Source: Magnetococcus sp. DMHC-6
Lineage (GTDB): Bacteria; Pseudomonadota; Magnetococcia; Magnetococcales; JADFZT01
Assembly: GCA_039908535.1 (NCBI GenBank)
Contig: JAMOAW010000001.1
Span: 50,259-114,258, forward strand
Direction of reading: 5' to 3'
Length of the DNA: 64,000 nt
Below the pieces are notes generated by a model. That model made no database searches, was not told the DNA's origin, and worked only from the letters and a program-made list of their open reading frames with translations. The translations under genes and the position numbers were made by a program. Shown here piece by piece: positions 48,427-58,404 of this stretch; positions within the stretch are counted from its first letter, which is position 1; each line of letters starts with the position of its first letter.

Positions 48427-48999
48427 ATGACCGAAACATCTTATATGCAAGAAACATTACAAAATTTAAAAAAATTAGTTCACCCCACATCAGATATAAA
48501 CGATTGTAATAGTATACTAAATAATTTCGTAAAAGAACTACCAGATCTCATAAATTCTGAACGCGCAAGCATTTTTATTCATGATCCATTTAATCAACGC
48601 GCTTGGCTACAATCTGGGACAGGCCTTATTGAAAAAGAGTTAGATATTCCCTTACGCGGTTCTATAACTGGTGAGGTTATATTTTCCAAAAAATATTTAA
48701 TTATTAACGACATGTCTACAAGAGAAGGAATACACAAAGCCGTTGACTTAATGACCGGATTTTCCACCAAAAGCGTGCTCTGTGTGCCTATTTTAAGTCA
48801 ATCAGGATCGGTTCGAGGAACATTGCAAGCTCTAAATAAAAAAAATGGTGATATTTTTATTGAAAAAGACCGTATTTTACTTGAACAAATCGCCGCTATG
48901 CTTCATGGACCAGTTCGTGTTATTTTTAATGCGCAAAGAGAAAAAACAGTCCGATCAAAAGGATGGCGAGAACGAATTCAAAATTTCTTGCCTTTCTAA
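48427..48999 (+). CDS. Stand-alone GAF domain protein
   Basis: GAF-like pattern: ERASIFIHD..., GSITGEVIFSKKYLIINDM..., SVLCVPIL...GTLQALNK. Confidence 0.7.
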   Translation: MTETSYMQETLQNLKKLVHPTSDINDCNSILNNFVKELPDLINSERASIFIHDPFNQRAWLQSGTGLIEKELDIPLRGSITGEVIFSKKYLIINDMSTREGIHKAVDLMTGFSTKSVLCVPILSQSGSVRGTLQALNKKNGDIFIEKDRILLEQIAAMLHGPVRVIFNAQREKTVRSKGWRERIQNFLPF

Positions 49000-49013
49000 A
49001 TAAAATTATTCAT

Positions 49014-49045
49014 AAAACGGATATTTAAACAAACCGTTTTTTTTA
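49014..49045 (+). terminator. Weak intrinsic-terminator-like hairpin after the GAF gene
   Basis: AAAACGG-12 nt-CCGTTTT followed by TTTTT. Confidence 0.35.
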
Positions 49046-49076
49046 TTTATATCGGCATTCAAACAGGAAACAACGT

Positions 49077-50033
49077 ATGAACGATTTACAACACAATGGC
49101 CGAAAAATACTCTTTTGTCTGACACAATCTGATTTCGATCTCCTCCATGAGTTAACACCGCTCCTACAAAACAAGATAGGACAACTCATGACACGCTTAC
49201 AACAACGCCTCCTCTCCCATCCACAGACAATACCAATTGCCAAAAATCTCCCGGCTATGCAAACATGGGAAGCTTGGCTGCAAGACCATTTAGCACATCT
49301 CATAACAGGACAAACCTCCCTGGAGGCTCATCTCCAAATGGTCGACCTATTGCAACGTCTTCACATTCCCCTTTGGTGTCATTTGGTTGCCCTGGATACG
49401 CTGCGCACCCTACTAAAAGAGGAATTAGCAAACATTGATCACAAAGAGACCGCGCAACTCGCCCTTGAAAAAATATGGTTATTCGAGGCCCATCTTTTAT
49501 ACGAAGTTGGAATACACTCTTCACACGCCGAAGAGGTTCAACAAGATCTCCATTCCAGCAATCATTGTGAAATCACCTCAGAATCAACCTACCAAGAATT
49601 ACTCAAAAAAATGCTCTCTCAAGCAAAAAGATATGCCGAACCTCTCACCAGTGCCGCCCTGGCCCTGCACAAAAATGCCGATCAAAGCTCCCCATTTGAA
49701 GAACATCTATGGGCTCTCACCCAGCAATCTCTACAAGAAACCCTGCGCAACGAGGATGTCATCAGCAACATTACCCAAGATACATTTTTGCTGTTTTTAC
49801 CAAAAACAGCTGAAGAACAAGCCTTGAAACTCATTCGCCGATTGATCAAAACTTTCAAAGCCAAAACAGAAAATAGACATTTCTTTTGCATGAGCTTGGT
49901 TCAAACAGGCCCAAAATTATTCTTACCCCAAGAAGAGTTATTGATAAACTTACACTCTGGCTTAAAAACCGCTCAAACCCATGCTCAACGCTCCCCTGGC
50001 TTTTATATACAACGCCATGAACAATCCATATAA
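49077..50033 (+). CDS. Hypothetical signalling protein (globin-coupled-sensor-like N-terminus, degenerate GGDEF-like C-terminus)
   Basis: N-terminal LTQSDFDLLHEL...; the C-terminal RNEDVISNITQDTFLLFLPKTAEEQA has QDTF where GGDEF/GDEF would sit. The call is tentative. Confidence 0.4.
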   Translation: MNDLQHNGRKILFCLTQSDFDLLHELTPLLQNKIGQLMTRLQQRLLSHPQTIPIAKNLPAMQTWEAWLQDHLAHLITGQTSLEAHLQMVDLLQRLHIPLWCHLVALDTLRTLLKEELANIDHKETAQLALEKIWLFEAHLLYEVGIHSSHAEEVQQDLHSSNHCEITSESTYQELLKKMLSQAKRYAEPLTSAALALHKNADQSSPFEEHLWALTQQSLQETLRNEDVISNITQDTFLLFLPKTAEEQALKLIRRLIKTFKAKTENRHFFCMSLVQTGPKLFLPQEELLINLHSGLKTAQTHAQRSPGFYIQRHEQSI

Positions 50034-50102
50034 CTGAACAATACCCTGTGGACAAAAAAAATAGTACTACCACATTTAAATGTGGCGATTAACGAATGCC
50101 TG

Positions 50103-50184
50103 AACAAAAAGCAAAGTCAAGACCTTGGGGATTGCATCCCCAAGGGTTTGGCCTTTGATTTTTTGCCCGCAGGGCATGAGGGTC
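50103..50184 (+). repeat. Modular hairpin repeat, short variant
   Basis: AAGACCTTGGGGATTGCATCCCCAAGGGTTTGGCCTTTGATTTTTTGCCCGCAGGGCATGAGGGTC. It abuts the GT2 stop codon. Confidence 0.75.
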
Positions 50185-51118
50185 ATTCATGTGAATCCCG
50201 TTCTTTAGTTTCCACAATCAAATGGGCCAAAACGCCAAAAAATAGAGTCTGGATACCAAATAAAACCAATCCCAAAACCAAATTGGCATGTTGAATCGGT
50301 TTGGTATAGATGCCTTGATACCATTGCCAAATTTCCCAGATAAACAAAAACGAACCAACACCCAAAAAACTAAATCCAATAGGTGCAAACACCTTAAGGG
50401 GACGAACCGAGATCAAAACCATAAAAATTTGTGGCAATACCTTAAACGGATATTTAAATGAAATAAAAGAGCGCCCCGTCAACCGTTGCCGAAAGGTGAC
50501 GGAAACATGAGCAAAACGCATCCCCTTGCGATAGGCGTCGATCAAAATTTGTTGGGTATAGTTATAATCTCCAGGTAAATAAAAATTTTTCAAATAATAT
50601 CCATTCACGGCCAAAATTCCAGGCTGGCTATCGCGAATCGGCCACTTGGTCAACCAGCGCATCAGACCGGTAAACACCAAATTACCCAAACGCCGAATCG
50701 GCGGCATGCGGTATTCAATGCGATCAAACCGACTGCCATACACCACATCGGCTTCGTTATCCAAAATAGGTTGAATGAGTGGCAAAAGATCCTTAGGTTC
50801 GTGTTGCAAATCGGCATCGAATTTGATAACGATGTGCGCGCCATCCGCACGGGCGGATTTCAGCCCAGTTCGAATCGCAGCCCCCAACCCCTGATTGCGT
50901 CGATGGCTGATCACACGATCCGCGCCTGCCTCTTCGGCACTCTTTTGCGTTTGATCTTGGGAGCCATCGTTGATAACATAAACAAGCATGTTCATGCCCC
51001 GTATGGCAAAGGCCTCCTGCTGAGACTTTACAGCGGTCACGGTCCGACCAATAATCTCTCCCTCATTAAAAGCCGGTATAATCACAATGACGGTTTTAAT
51101 CATGCTATTTGTATCCAT
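50183..51118 (-). CDS. Family 2 glycosyltransferase (polyprenol-phosphate glycosyltransferase-like, with C-terminal TM helices)
   Basis: VIIPAFNE, VINDGSQDQT, and the FDADLQH (DxD) motif; two C-terminal hydrophobic helices. Confidence 0.9.
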   Translation of the reverse strand: MDTNSMIKTVIVIIPAFNEGEIIGRTVTAVKSQQEAFAIRGMNMLVYVINDGSQDQTQKSAEEAGADRVISHRRNQGLGAAIRTGLKSARADGAHIVIKFDADLQHEPKDLLPLIQPILDNEADVVYGSRFDRIEYRMPPIRRLGNLVFTGLMRWLTKWPIRDSQPGILAVNGYYLKNFYLPGDYNYTQQILIDAYRKGMRFAHVSVTFRQRLTGRSFISFKYPFKVLPQIFMVLISVRPLKVFAPIGFSFLGVGSFLFIWEIWQWYQGIYTKPIQHANLVLGLVLFGIQTLFFGVLAHLIVETKERDSHE

Positions 51119-51134
51119 TTAAAGCCCCCTCCAT

Positions 51135-52172
51135 TTAAAACAAAGCTGTTGATATCACCCTTGGGCCTTCCAAAAAGGCTTTAATCTCGAAAGGGGTCAT
51201 GACTTGACCACCAAGATGGTTACAAAAAAAATCTAAATAGCCTTCTAAGCGGTGCAAAAAATATTTTAAATCTATGGCATCCTGAACATATGGCGTACAA
51301 CCCGGTTTAAGAGAAGGAGAATGATAACTCAAGGTAAACACCCCTACCCCATCTTGCAAAAGGGCATACGTCAAACGTTGCATCTCCTCTAAAGTGTGCC
51401 CCTCTGGGGATAAACGCACCCTTTCCAGTGCACCCAAACGGGAGAGTATCCCTAAACCACGCATCCTTTGCATCCAAGGAGCACTGGCCATAGAGTAAAT
51501 CTTTTGCCCCTGCCAACGCAAGAAACCAACAAAACCACCGCTGGTCGGAAGGCACAAAAGCCGATTTTTCTCCCCACCCCTTCCAAACCAAAAGGGATGC
51601 GGCGTAAAAAAGGAAAAATCTGGACCACCAACAGAGCGAAAATCAAAAGGAGGCATAGGCGAAAGGTCTATACAATATCCAAGATATTCCAAAATATCTT
51701 CAGTATGCGGACCACGGCCATAACGACCAGCCTTGTAAATGAGAGGTCGCTGACCAAAAACCTGTTGAATTTTCCCGGTCAGATGGGCCAATTTGGCCAG
51801 TTCCAGATCGGCATCTAAATTCCCTGGAAAGGCGTTCTGAGACGACAGCTCTTCGTGAAAGGGTGGCGAAACCCAAGGATGCAGGTGGGTTCCGATCACC
51901 GCCCGATCACCAGTGACCAGCTTTAACAATGGCATAAATCCCATCTCTTGATGAACAATTGGGTAATCTACAACATAAACAGGTTTAATCCCAAAAGAGT
52001 CGCAAATCTCCTGACCACGTTCAATTTCTTGCATTGCGGTAACCGCAATCGCCTCCCGCGCAAAGGGTTTATTCCAATCAAACTCCTCTTCGGTATCCAC
52101 CACAACCATTAATATAGGCGGCGTATTGGAAGGATGGTGAATCGGAGCTGCGGATACGCATTTTTTTTCCAC
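51135..52172 (-). CDS. Polysaccharide deacetylase-like protein
   Basis: ILMVVVDTEEEFDW near the N-terminus, and THLHPW. It is adjacent to the GT2 gene. Confidence 0.55.
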   Translation of the reverse strand: MEKKCVSAAPIHHPSNTPPILMVVVDTEEEFDWNKPFAREAIAVTAMQEIERGQEICDSFGIKPVYVVDYPIVHQEMGFMPLLKLVTGDRAVIGTHLHPWVSPPFHEELSSQNAFPGNLDADLELAKLAHLTGKIQQVFGQRPLIYKAGRYGRGPHTEDILEYLGYCIDLSPMPPFDFRSVGGPDFSFFTPHPFWFGRGGEKNRLLCLPTSGGFVGFLRWQGQKIYSMASAPWMQRMRGLGILSRLGALERVRLSPEGHTLEEMQRLTYALLQDGVGVFTLSYHSPSLKPGCTPYVQDAIDLKYFLHRLEGYLDFFCNHLGGQVMTPFEIKAFLEGPRVISTALF

Positions 52173-52200
52173 GGGGATCTCAATAAAAAAGGGTAAAAAA

Positions 52201-52318
52201 GAACATGGTGCCCTGCGGGCAAAAAAGTCAAAATCAAAACCCTGGGGGATGAATCCCCCAGACCCCCTCTTTTTTTTAAGTATTAAAAGAAAAGGGTGGG
52301 GGGATTGGGGGGCGGTTC
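52201..52318 (-). repeat. Modular hairpin repeat, inverted, distal arm missing; runs into the yggS 5' end
   Basis: GAACATGGTGCCCTGCGGGCAAAAAAGTCAAAATCAAAACCCTGGGGGATGAATCCCCCAG...GGGTGGGGGGATTGGGGGGCGGTTC. Confidence 0.85.
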
Positions 52319-53003
52319 TATAAACGCAAAAATTGCCACCGCCTGTCGCGGTTGCGGTCGCGATCCCGCTTCAGTACGCTTAGTGGCAGTTTCCAAAACG
52401 AGGCCAGCCGCCGATATCAGCGCGGCACTTCAAGCTGGACAAACCATTTTTGGCGAAAATCGTGTCCAGGAGGCGCGAGAAAAAATTCCCCAAGTCAACG
52501 CCTCCCACACCTCACAGGCCCAATGGCATTTAATCGGTCCCCTGCAACGCAACAAAGTCAAAATCGCCGTCCGTTTGTTTCAAATGATTCACAGCATAGA
52601 CTCTCTCGCCTTGGCCCAAGAGATCCATCATGCCTGTTTATGGCCCATACCGGTCTTAATTCAAGTCAACCTGGGAAGAGAGTCACAAAAAATTGGTTTT
52701 TTACCAGAGCACCTCCCCGAAGCTCTGCGGACCATGCAACCTTTATCTAACATTCAAATTCAGGGTTTAATGGCCATTCCACCCTTCTTACCTGAACCAG
52801 AACAGACACGACATTATTTTCGCAAACTTGCCCAATTGGCACAACACATGAACGATCTCAACCTGGAGGGAATCTCCATGGCTGAACTTTCCATGGGAAT
52901 GAGCCATGACTTTGAAATAGCCATTGAGGAGGGGGCAACCTTCGTGCGAATAGGCAGTGCCCTTTTTGGCTCCCGAGAGATCCTACCCCCAGAGCGACAT
53001 TAA
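52296..53003 (+). CDS. yggS: YggS-family pyridoxal-phosphate homeostasis protein
   Basis: VRLVAVSKT (PLP Lys), FGENRVQE, WHLIGPLQRNK, SMGMSHDFE. The only in-frame starts (GTG 52296, TTG 52305) lie inside a repeat element. Confidence 0.85.
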   Translation: MGGLGGGSINAKIATACRGCGRDPASVRLVAVSKTRPAADISAALQAGQTIFGENRVQEAREKIPQVNASHTSQAQWHLIGPLQRNKVKIAVRLFQMIHSIDSLALAQEIHHACLWPIPVLIQVNLGRESQKIGFLPEHLPEALRTMQPLSNIQIQGLMAIPPFLPEPEQTRHYFRKLAQLAQHMNDLNLEGISMAELSMGMSHDFEIAIEEGATFVRIGSALFGSREILPPERH

Positions 53004-53056
53004 AAAAAATGGCTTATTTAATGAAAGCAATGTAAAATACACTGCTTTCTTTTTCA

Positions 53057-53216
53057 ATGTATCAAAAAAATAAAAATCAAGACCTTGGGGGGCCCAGAAC
53101 CGCCCCCCAATTTCCCCCCCTCTTTTTTTTAAGTCTTAAAAAAAAGAGGGGGTCTGGGGGATTCATCCCCCAGGGTTTGGCCTTTGATTTTTTTTTGCCC
53201 GCAGGGCATTATGTTC
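53057..53216 (+). repeat. Modular hairpin repeat, full-length
   Basis: ATGTATCAAAAAAATAAAAATCAAGACCTTGGGGGGCCCAGAACCGCCCCCC...TTGCCCGCAGGGCATTATGTTC. Confidence 0.9.
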
Positions 53217-53313
53217 TGAGACCTAATCACTGTCACTTTTTTTTCCTAGATAAAAATGTATGTCAAAAAACTGTCTTTTATATAGATGTAACCGCGTGGA
53301 TTTGAGGAATTGG

Positions 53314-54960
53314 ATGATAAACCCTTTTAAAACAGGAATCCGAAAATTATTTTTCCGAACTCTTTTCCTGTTGACCCTATGGATACCCTGCCCACTCCAC
53401 GCGGGTAGTGAAATCGACGAAAATCTGCAAGCCGCCACCAACGCGCTGAAACAAAACGCCTATGAAACAGCCATCGCCCTCTTTAACAAGGTTTTGGAAA
53501 AATCCGATCTCTCTAAAAAACAACTCGAAGAGGCCTGGATTGGTCAATGCACCTCCCACTATCGACTCGGTCTCTCCAGCAACAGTCGCCAGGAGTTGCA
53601 ATCCGCAACCGAAGCCTGTACCAACGCCATCCAAAAGGGAATCACCTCTTCTTGGATCTATTTAACACGGGGCAATGCCTTTTTGGCTATAGGCGACCTC
53701 CATCGCGCCGTCGAAGATCTCACAACCCTCGTCGCCCAGGATCCCAAAAATGCCCTCGCCTTCCAAAGCCGAGGCTTGGCCCGCGCTCAGCAGGGACGAC
53801 AAGACTTGGCCTTGGAAGATTTTACCTCCGCCATTCGTATTCAACCCGATAACCCCTGGACCTATTTTAGTCGCGGCAAACTATATGCCTCGGATAGCCT
53901 TTTCGATAAGGCCATCGACGACTACAGTGCCTTTATACGCTTTAAATCCGATTATGAACCCATCTACCTGGAACGCGGAAAAACCCGTATGTTGGTCGGA
54001 CAATACCAGCAGGCCATTGGCGATTTTTACCAATCTTTGGACCTTAAACCAGAAAACAATGCCATCTCTTATGGCTTTCGCGGTATGTCTCTGTTTTTAA
54101 TGAGCCGCTACAGCGAAGCAGTAACCGATTTTAAAAAGGTTCTCGATACCCATCCCCAAGATATCGAAATGCATTTATGGCTCTATACCGCACAAAGGCG
54201 GGCTGGAGAATCGGATCAAGGAATGTTAAAAAAAGTCTCAGCAGAGAACGCCTCCTCTGGATGGCCAGGGGTTCTATTACGCTATATGCAGGGCAAAGCC
54301 AAACGCGAAGAGGTGTTGTCTGCCATCAGTCAAACTCAAGATCGAAAAAAACGCCAACTACTCGAAAATCAAGCCGTCTATTTTATGGGACAGGAGGCTT
54401 TAATTCGTGGTCAACAACAGGAGGCCGATGAACTCTTTAAAAAATTATTGCGCGATGACAATCGACAATTTATCTATTATGCCGCTGGACTCCAAGAGCT
54501 AAAACATTTGGACACCGCCAATATGGCCCCTTTCCCACGTAAAGAGGCCTCTTCCGATACCCCCCTTTTGGTGCCCAATCAACCCTCCGATCCATCCGCC
54601 GAGAACATCGAAAAACAGGAAGAGCTCCTCTCCACCCCCTTTGAAGCGGGGGAAATCATGCCCTCTCCTGTTGCGAACAACAAAGAGATCCCGTCCATTA
54701 AAATCGCCAATCAAGGTCAATCTGGATTTGTCTTTAAAGTCGCCTCGTTCCAAGACCGCACCAACGCCCATCTCACCTTTAAAGAGATTGAAAACCTAAA
54801 TCTGCCGGTTTTTATCGAAGAGACCCAAATTCAAGGCAAAACCTATCAACGGGTCTGGGTCGGTCCCTTTCCAGATGAAGCCACTGCGGACAAAGCACGC
54901 CTAAAGGTGATCGCTGCCATACCCAATCGAACCCCAACGCGAGTGATCCATCATCCATGA
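53314..54960 (+). CDS. TPR-repeat protein with a C-terminal SPOR (peptidoglycan-binding) domain
   Basis: Signal peptide from the ATG at 53314 (GAGGA upstream) and multiple TPR units. SPOR-like FVFKVASFQDRTNA...YQRVWVGPFPDEATADKA. Confidence 0.8.
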   Translation: MINPFKTGIRKLFFRTLFLLTLWIPCPLHAGSEIDENLQAATNALKQNAYETAIALFNKVLEKSDLSKKQLEEAWIGQCTSHYRLGLSSNSRQELQSATEACTNAIQKGITSSWIYLTRGNAFLAIGDLHRAVEDLTTLVAQDPKNALAFQSRGLARAQQGRQDLALEDFTSAIRIQPDNPWTYFSRGKLYASDSLFDKAIDDYSAFIRFKSDYEPIYLERGKTRMLVGQYQQAIGDFYQSLDLKPENNAISYGFRGMSLFLMSRYSEAVTDFKKVLDTHPQDIEMHLWLYTAQRRAGESDQGMLKKVSAENASSGWPGVLLRYMQGKAKREEVLSAISQTQDRKKRQLLENQAVYFMGQEALIRGQQQEADELFKKLLRDDNRQFIYYAAGLQELKHLDTANMAPFPRKEASSDTPLLVPNQPSDPSAENIEKQEELLSTPFEAGEIMPSPVANNKEIPSIKIANQGQSGFVFKVASFQDRTNAHLTFKEIENLNLPVFIEETQIQGKTYQRVWVGPFPDEATADKARLKVIAAIPNRTPTRVIHHP

Positions 54961-54978
54961 TCAACGAATCTCCTCCCC

Positions 54979-55458
54979 TTATCGATGATAGGGAAAACCA
55001 TGAATCAAGGTGAGACCACGATAGAGTTGTTCAAGTAACAACACCCGCGCCAACATATGCGGCCAAGTCATCGCCCCCAAAGAGAGAGAAACAGAAGAGA
55101 GGGCGTGGAGGGCCGGGTGCAGACCGTCTGGACCACCAATCACAAAACAAATATGCCCCGGGCCTTGCTGACGCCAATGGTCGATGGTCTTGGCAAATTC
55201 CAACGATGTCAAAACTTGCCCCGCACTCTCCAACAAAACCACCAACGCCCCACTTGGAATATGTTTAACCAGACGCTCATGCTCACGCAAAAGCGTCTCA
55301 CCCGGTTTGCCCTGCTGGGCCTGGGAACGCCGTTTCTCCTCGGTGATTTCAATCAACTCCACGGGCAAAAAACGACCCAGACGCTTTAAATAATCGTTCA
55401 CCAACACACGTATGGGCGGCGGCATATCCCGACCCACAACCAATACGGTCCATTTCAA
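54979..55458 (-). CDS. rlmH: 23S rRNA (pseudouridine1915-N3)-methyltransferase
   Basis: SPOUT-family RlmH pattern: FVIGGPDG, LSLGAMTWPH, LLEQLYR. Confidence 0.9.
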   Translation of the reverse strand: MKWTVLVVGRDMPPPIRVLVNDYLKRLGRFLPVELIEITEEKRRSQAQQGKPGETLLREHERLVKHIPSGALVVLLESAGQVLTSLEFAKTIDHWRQQGPGHICFVIGGPDGLHPALHALSSVSLSLGAMTWPHMLARVLLLEQLYRGLTLIHGFPYHR

Positions 55459-55913
55459 TCGGAAGGGCTTTCATCGTCATTGGATGGGGAATCCTCTGTA
55501 TCCTGGATGTCGCCCCCACTCTGGCGATTCTCCTGGATCCAGCGTTCGGCATCCCAAATCTTTTCCAGATTATAAAAATCCCGCACCTCACGCAAAAACA
55601 GATGGACAATCACATCCCCCAAATCCATCAAAACCCAACCACTCCCTTCGGGAAGCCCCTCCACGCCACGGACGCTGACTTGATGCTCATGGGCAAAAAA
55701 ATCGATGTCTGCGGCCAAAGAGGTGGCATGACGAAGAGAGGTGGTGGTAGCGATCAGCATAAAATCGGCAATGGATGAACGTCCATTGAGATCAAAAAGT
55801 CGAATATCCTCCGCCTTTTTTTGATCCATCAACTGTTGAATTCCTTCGGCCAGTTCTTGGCTTGTAAAACTTTTTTTCTTTTTGGCGGCTAAATTTTTTT
55901 TTGGATTGCTCAT
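55455..55913 (-). CDS. rsfS: Ribosome silencing factor
   Basis: DFMLIATTTSLRHATSLA and WVLMDLGDVIVHLF; 4 nt overlap with rlmH; an acidic C-terminal tail. Confidence 0.85.
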   Translation of the reverse strand: MSNPKKNLAAKKKKSFTSQELAEGIQQLMDQKKAEDIRLFDLNGRSSIADFMLIATTTSLRHATSLAADIDFFAHEHQVSVRGVEGLPEGSGWVLMDLGDVIVHLFLREVRDFYNLEKIWDAERWIQENRQSGGDIQDTEDSPSNDDESPSD

Positions 55914-55917
55914 AAGG

Positions 55918-56574
55918 TTATTCGTCTCTTTTTAGATAAAGTTTATGTTGATGGATATATTGAATGACAGGATCTGGGGTTAAAAAACGAATGCTGCGTT
56001 CTTGAGCCACCAAGGCCCGAATGTCCCGGGAACGAATAGCGAAACCGGTAACAGGTTGTAAAAAGCACCCCTTGCGTCCCTGCTCAGGAGGCCTTTGTAA
56101 CGCGCCCTCCACGGTAACGGGAGAATAAAATTCCGCAGCTGGCGTAGTGTGTAAAAACGCCTCACAACCGGGACGGGTCAAGACACACAAAGCGGCCAGC
56201 CGATCCAATTCTTGCCATTGTTTCCATTTGTGCAACTCTTCAAATAAATCCGCCCCCAAGATAAACACCAAATCCGCTAAAGGAAAACGGCGGGTAAGTT
56301 CAGTCAAGGTATCCACCGTATAGGCGATGCCCGGCTTTTCGGCCTCAATGGGGCAGATGGCAAAACTTGGTTCTGTGGTAATGGCCAATTGGGTCATCTG
56401 CAGCCGATGGGCGGTCGCCGCCAATTGCCAAGTCGGTTTAAAAGGATGCCCCCCCGATGGAATCCAAAGAAGATGATCCAGTTGCCAGAGTTCTTTAACC
56501 TCCAGGGCCGTGCGCAAATGGCCATAATGGGGTGGATTAAAAGCCCCGCCAAAGATACCCATACGCACACTCAT
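55918..56574 (-). CDS. nadD: Nicotinate-nucleotide adenylyltransferase
   Basis: GIFGGAFNPPHYGH motif; ATGA overlap with proA. Confidence 0.9.
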   Translation of the reverse strand: MSVRMGIFGGAFNPPHYGHLRTALEVKELWQLDHLLWIPSGGHPFKPTWQLAATAHRLQMTQLAITTEPSFAICPIEAEKPGIAYTVDTLTELTRRFPLADLVFILGADLFEELHKWKQWQELDRLAALCVLTRPGCEAFLHTTPAAEFYSPVTVEGALQRPPEQGRKGCFLQPVTGFAIRSRDIRALVAQERSIRFLTPDPVIQYIHQHKLYLKRDE

Positions 56575-57851
56575 GAGCGTATCTGGCCATCCCCGAAGAC
56601 AACATATTTTTGACAGGTCAACCCTTCCAAACCAACCGGTCCACGCACATGTAATTTATCCGTAGAAATGCCGATTTCGGCCCCCAGACCAAATTGAAAA
56701 CCATCGTTGAGTCGACTGGAGGCGTTCACCAACACGGCCGCCGAGTCCACTTGACGCAAAAAGCGCATGGCCCGTTGATGATCCTGAGTGACGATCACCT
56801 CGGTATGCCGGGAGGAGTGGGCCTCAATGTGGTCCAGTGCCGCCTGGATAGACTCTACCACCCGAATCGCCAGAATAGGCCCCAAATATTCGCAATCCCA
56901 ATCTTCAGCGGTGGCGGTTTGCACAGGGATGGTTTTGCCGATCAACTTACGACTGAGTTCACACACCCGAAGTTCGCACCCGGCCTCATGGAGCAATTTG
57001 GCCATTTTGGGGAGAAATTTTTTGGCAATATCGGCATGGACCAAGAGGGTCTCGGTGGCGTTACACACCCCGGTGCGCTGCATTTTACCGTTTAAAGTCA
57101 AGGCAAAGGCCTGCTCCAAATCGGCGTGGCTGTCCACATAGGTGTGACAATTGCCATCTAAATGTTTAATCACTGGAATGTGCGATTCTGCCATAATGCG
57201 TTGGATGAGTTCTTTACCACCTCTGGGGATGATAACATCAATATATTGAGGCGTTTTCAATAACAGACCCACTGCATTGCGGTCGATGGTATCGATAAAT
57301 TGAATGGCATGTTTGGGCAATCCCGTTTCCACCAGGGCTTGTATCAAGCAGGTGGTAATGGCTCGATTAGAGTGAATGGCCTCCGAGCCGCCGCGCAAGA
57401 TCACCGCGTTGCCCGATTTAAGGCAGAGTCCAGCGGCATCGGCGGTGACGTTTGGGCGCGACTCGTAAATGATGCCGATCACCCCGAGGGGCACCCGCAT
57501 TTGCCCCACCTGCATCTGGTTGACCATCCGGCGCATATGGTCGATTGCACCAACGGGATCAGGCAGTTGAGCAATTTGGCTCAACCCCTCTGCCATCCCC
57601 TCTATGTGCGCCTCGGTCAGACGCAAACGATCCAACATAGCGGGCGTGAGATTTTGCTGTTCGGCCCGAATAAGGTCCAGTTGATTGGCCGCAATTAAAA
57701 TCCCTGCCTGATCCCGTAACGATTGCGCCATCAGGATCAAAGCTCGATTTTTTTTATCGCCACTGGCCCAAGCCAATTCACGCGCAGCCTGTTTGGCCTG
57801 CTGTCCGATCTGTTTGATCATGGCGGTGATATCAATCATATTTCTCCCCAA
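56571..57851 (-). CDS. proA: Glutamate-5-semialdehyde dehydrogenase (gamma-glutamyl phosphate reductase)
   Basis: GVIGIIYESRPNVT, the catalytic Cys context TGVCNATETLLVH, and HTEVIVT. The exact start (57851 or 57839) is uncertain. Confidence 0.95.
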   Translation of the reverse strand: MGRNMIDITAMIKQIGQQAKQAARELAWASGDKKNRALILMAQSLRDQAGILIAANQLDLIRAEQQNLTPAMLDRLRLTEAHIEGMAEGLSQIAQLPDPVGAIDHMRRMVNQMQVGQMRVPLGVIGIIYESRPNVTADAAGLCLKSGNAVILRGGSEAIHSNRAITTCLIQALVETGLPKHAIQFIDTIDRNAVGLLLKTPQYIDVIIPRGGKELIQRIMAESHIPVIKHLDGNCHTYVDSHADLEQAFALTLNGKMQRTGVCNATETLLVHADIAKKFLPKMAKLLHEAGCELRVCELSRKLIGKTIPVQTATAEDWDCEYLGPILAIRVVESIQAALDHIEAHSSRHTEVIVTQDHQRAMRFLRQVDSAAVLVNASSRLNDGFQFGLGAEIGISTDKLHVRGPVGLEGLTCQKYVVFGDGQIRS

Positions 57852-57957
57852 GTCAAAAAATTATGGATCACTATATACTGTGTCACAATAGAAGAAAACA
57901 ATCAAAAAGAAAATGAATTCCAAAAATCGACCATAGTCGGTTAAGCAATTTTTTTGC

Positions 57958-58041
57958 ATTCTTAAAAAAAAGAGGGGGTCTGGGGGATTCATCCCCCAGG
58001 GTTTTGTCTTTGTTTTTTTTTGCCCGCAGGGCATCATGTTC
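57958..58041 (+). repeat. Modular hairpin repeat, right half only
   Basis: TTCTTAAAAAAAAGAGGGGGTCTGGGGGATTCATCCCCCAGGGTTTTG...TTGCCCGCAGGGCATCATGTTC. Confidence 0.8.
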
Positions 58042-58144
58042 CGAAAAATAGGCCAAAAATACTGACTTTTGGTGACTGGATCAATCAAAAATGATCCTAT
58101 TCAGAGGAGTTCGTGGTTCGACCACGGTTCAATAGGGTGCTACC

Positions 58145-58404
58145 CATCTCTAAAAATAGGGAGCGAATTGGCAGTGGTTTGGGTACCACCCCATCCATCA
58201 AAACCTCCACTTTTCCAATAGTTGGTCATTCAGGAGGTAAAAACATCATCCACAGAATTGGCGAACACGAAGTTGTCACTCCATATTTCAATAAGTTCTA
58301 AATTTGCCGCCATCACCTTGGGTGCCACCCAGTCCGGTGTCTGGCCAAACTTGCGACGCATCTGTTTTAGGAGCATCGAAGCGGCCTCTTCCTGACGACC
58401 TTTC
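58145..58404 (-). repeat. Shared 3' module of the Rpn-like genes (partner 11488-11764)
   Basis: See the partner entry. It covers the last 60 or so codons of the 58230-59180 gene plus about 85 bp downstream. Confidence 0.7.
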
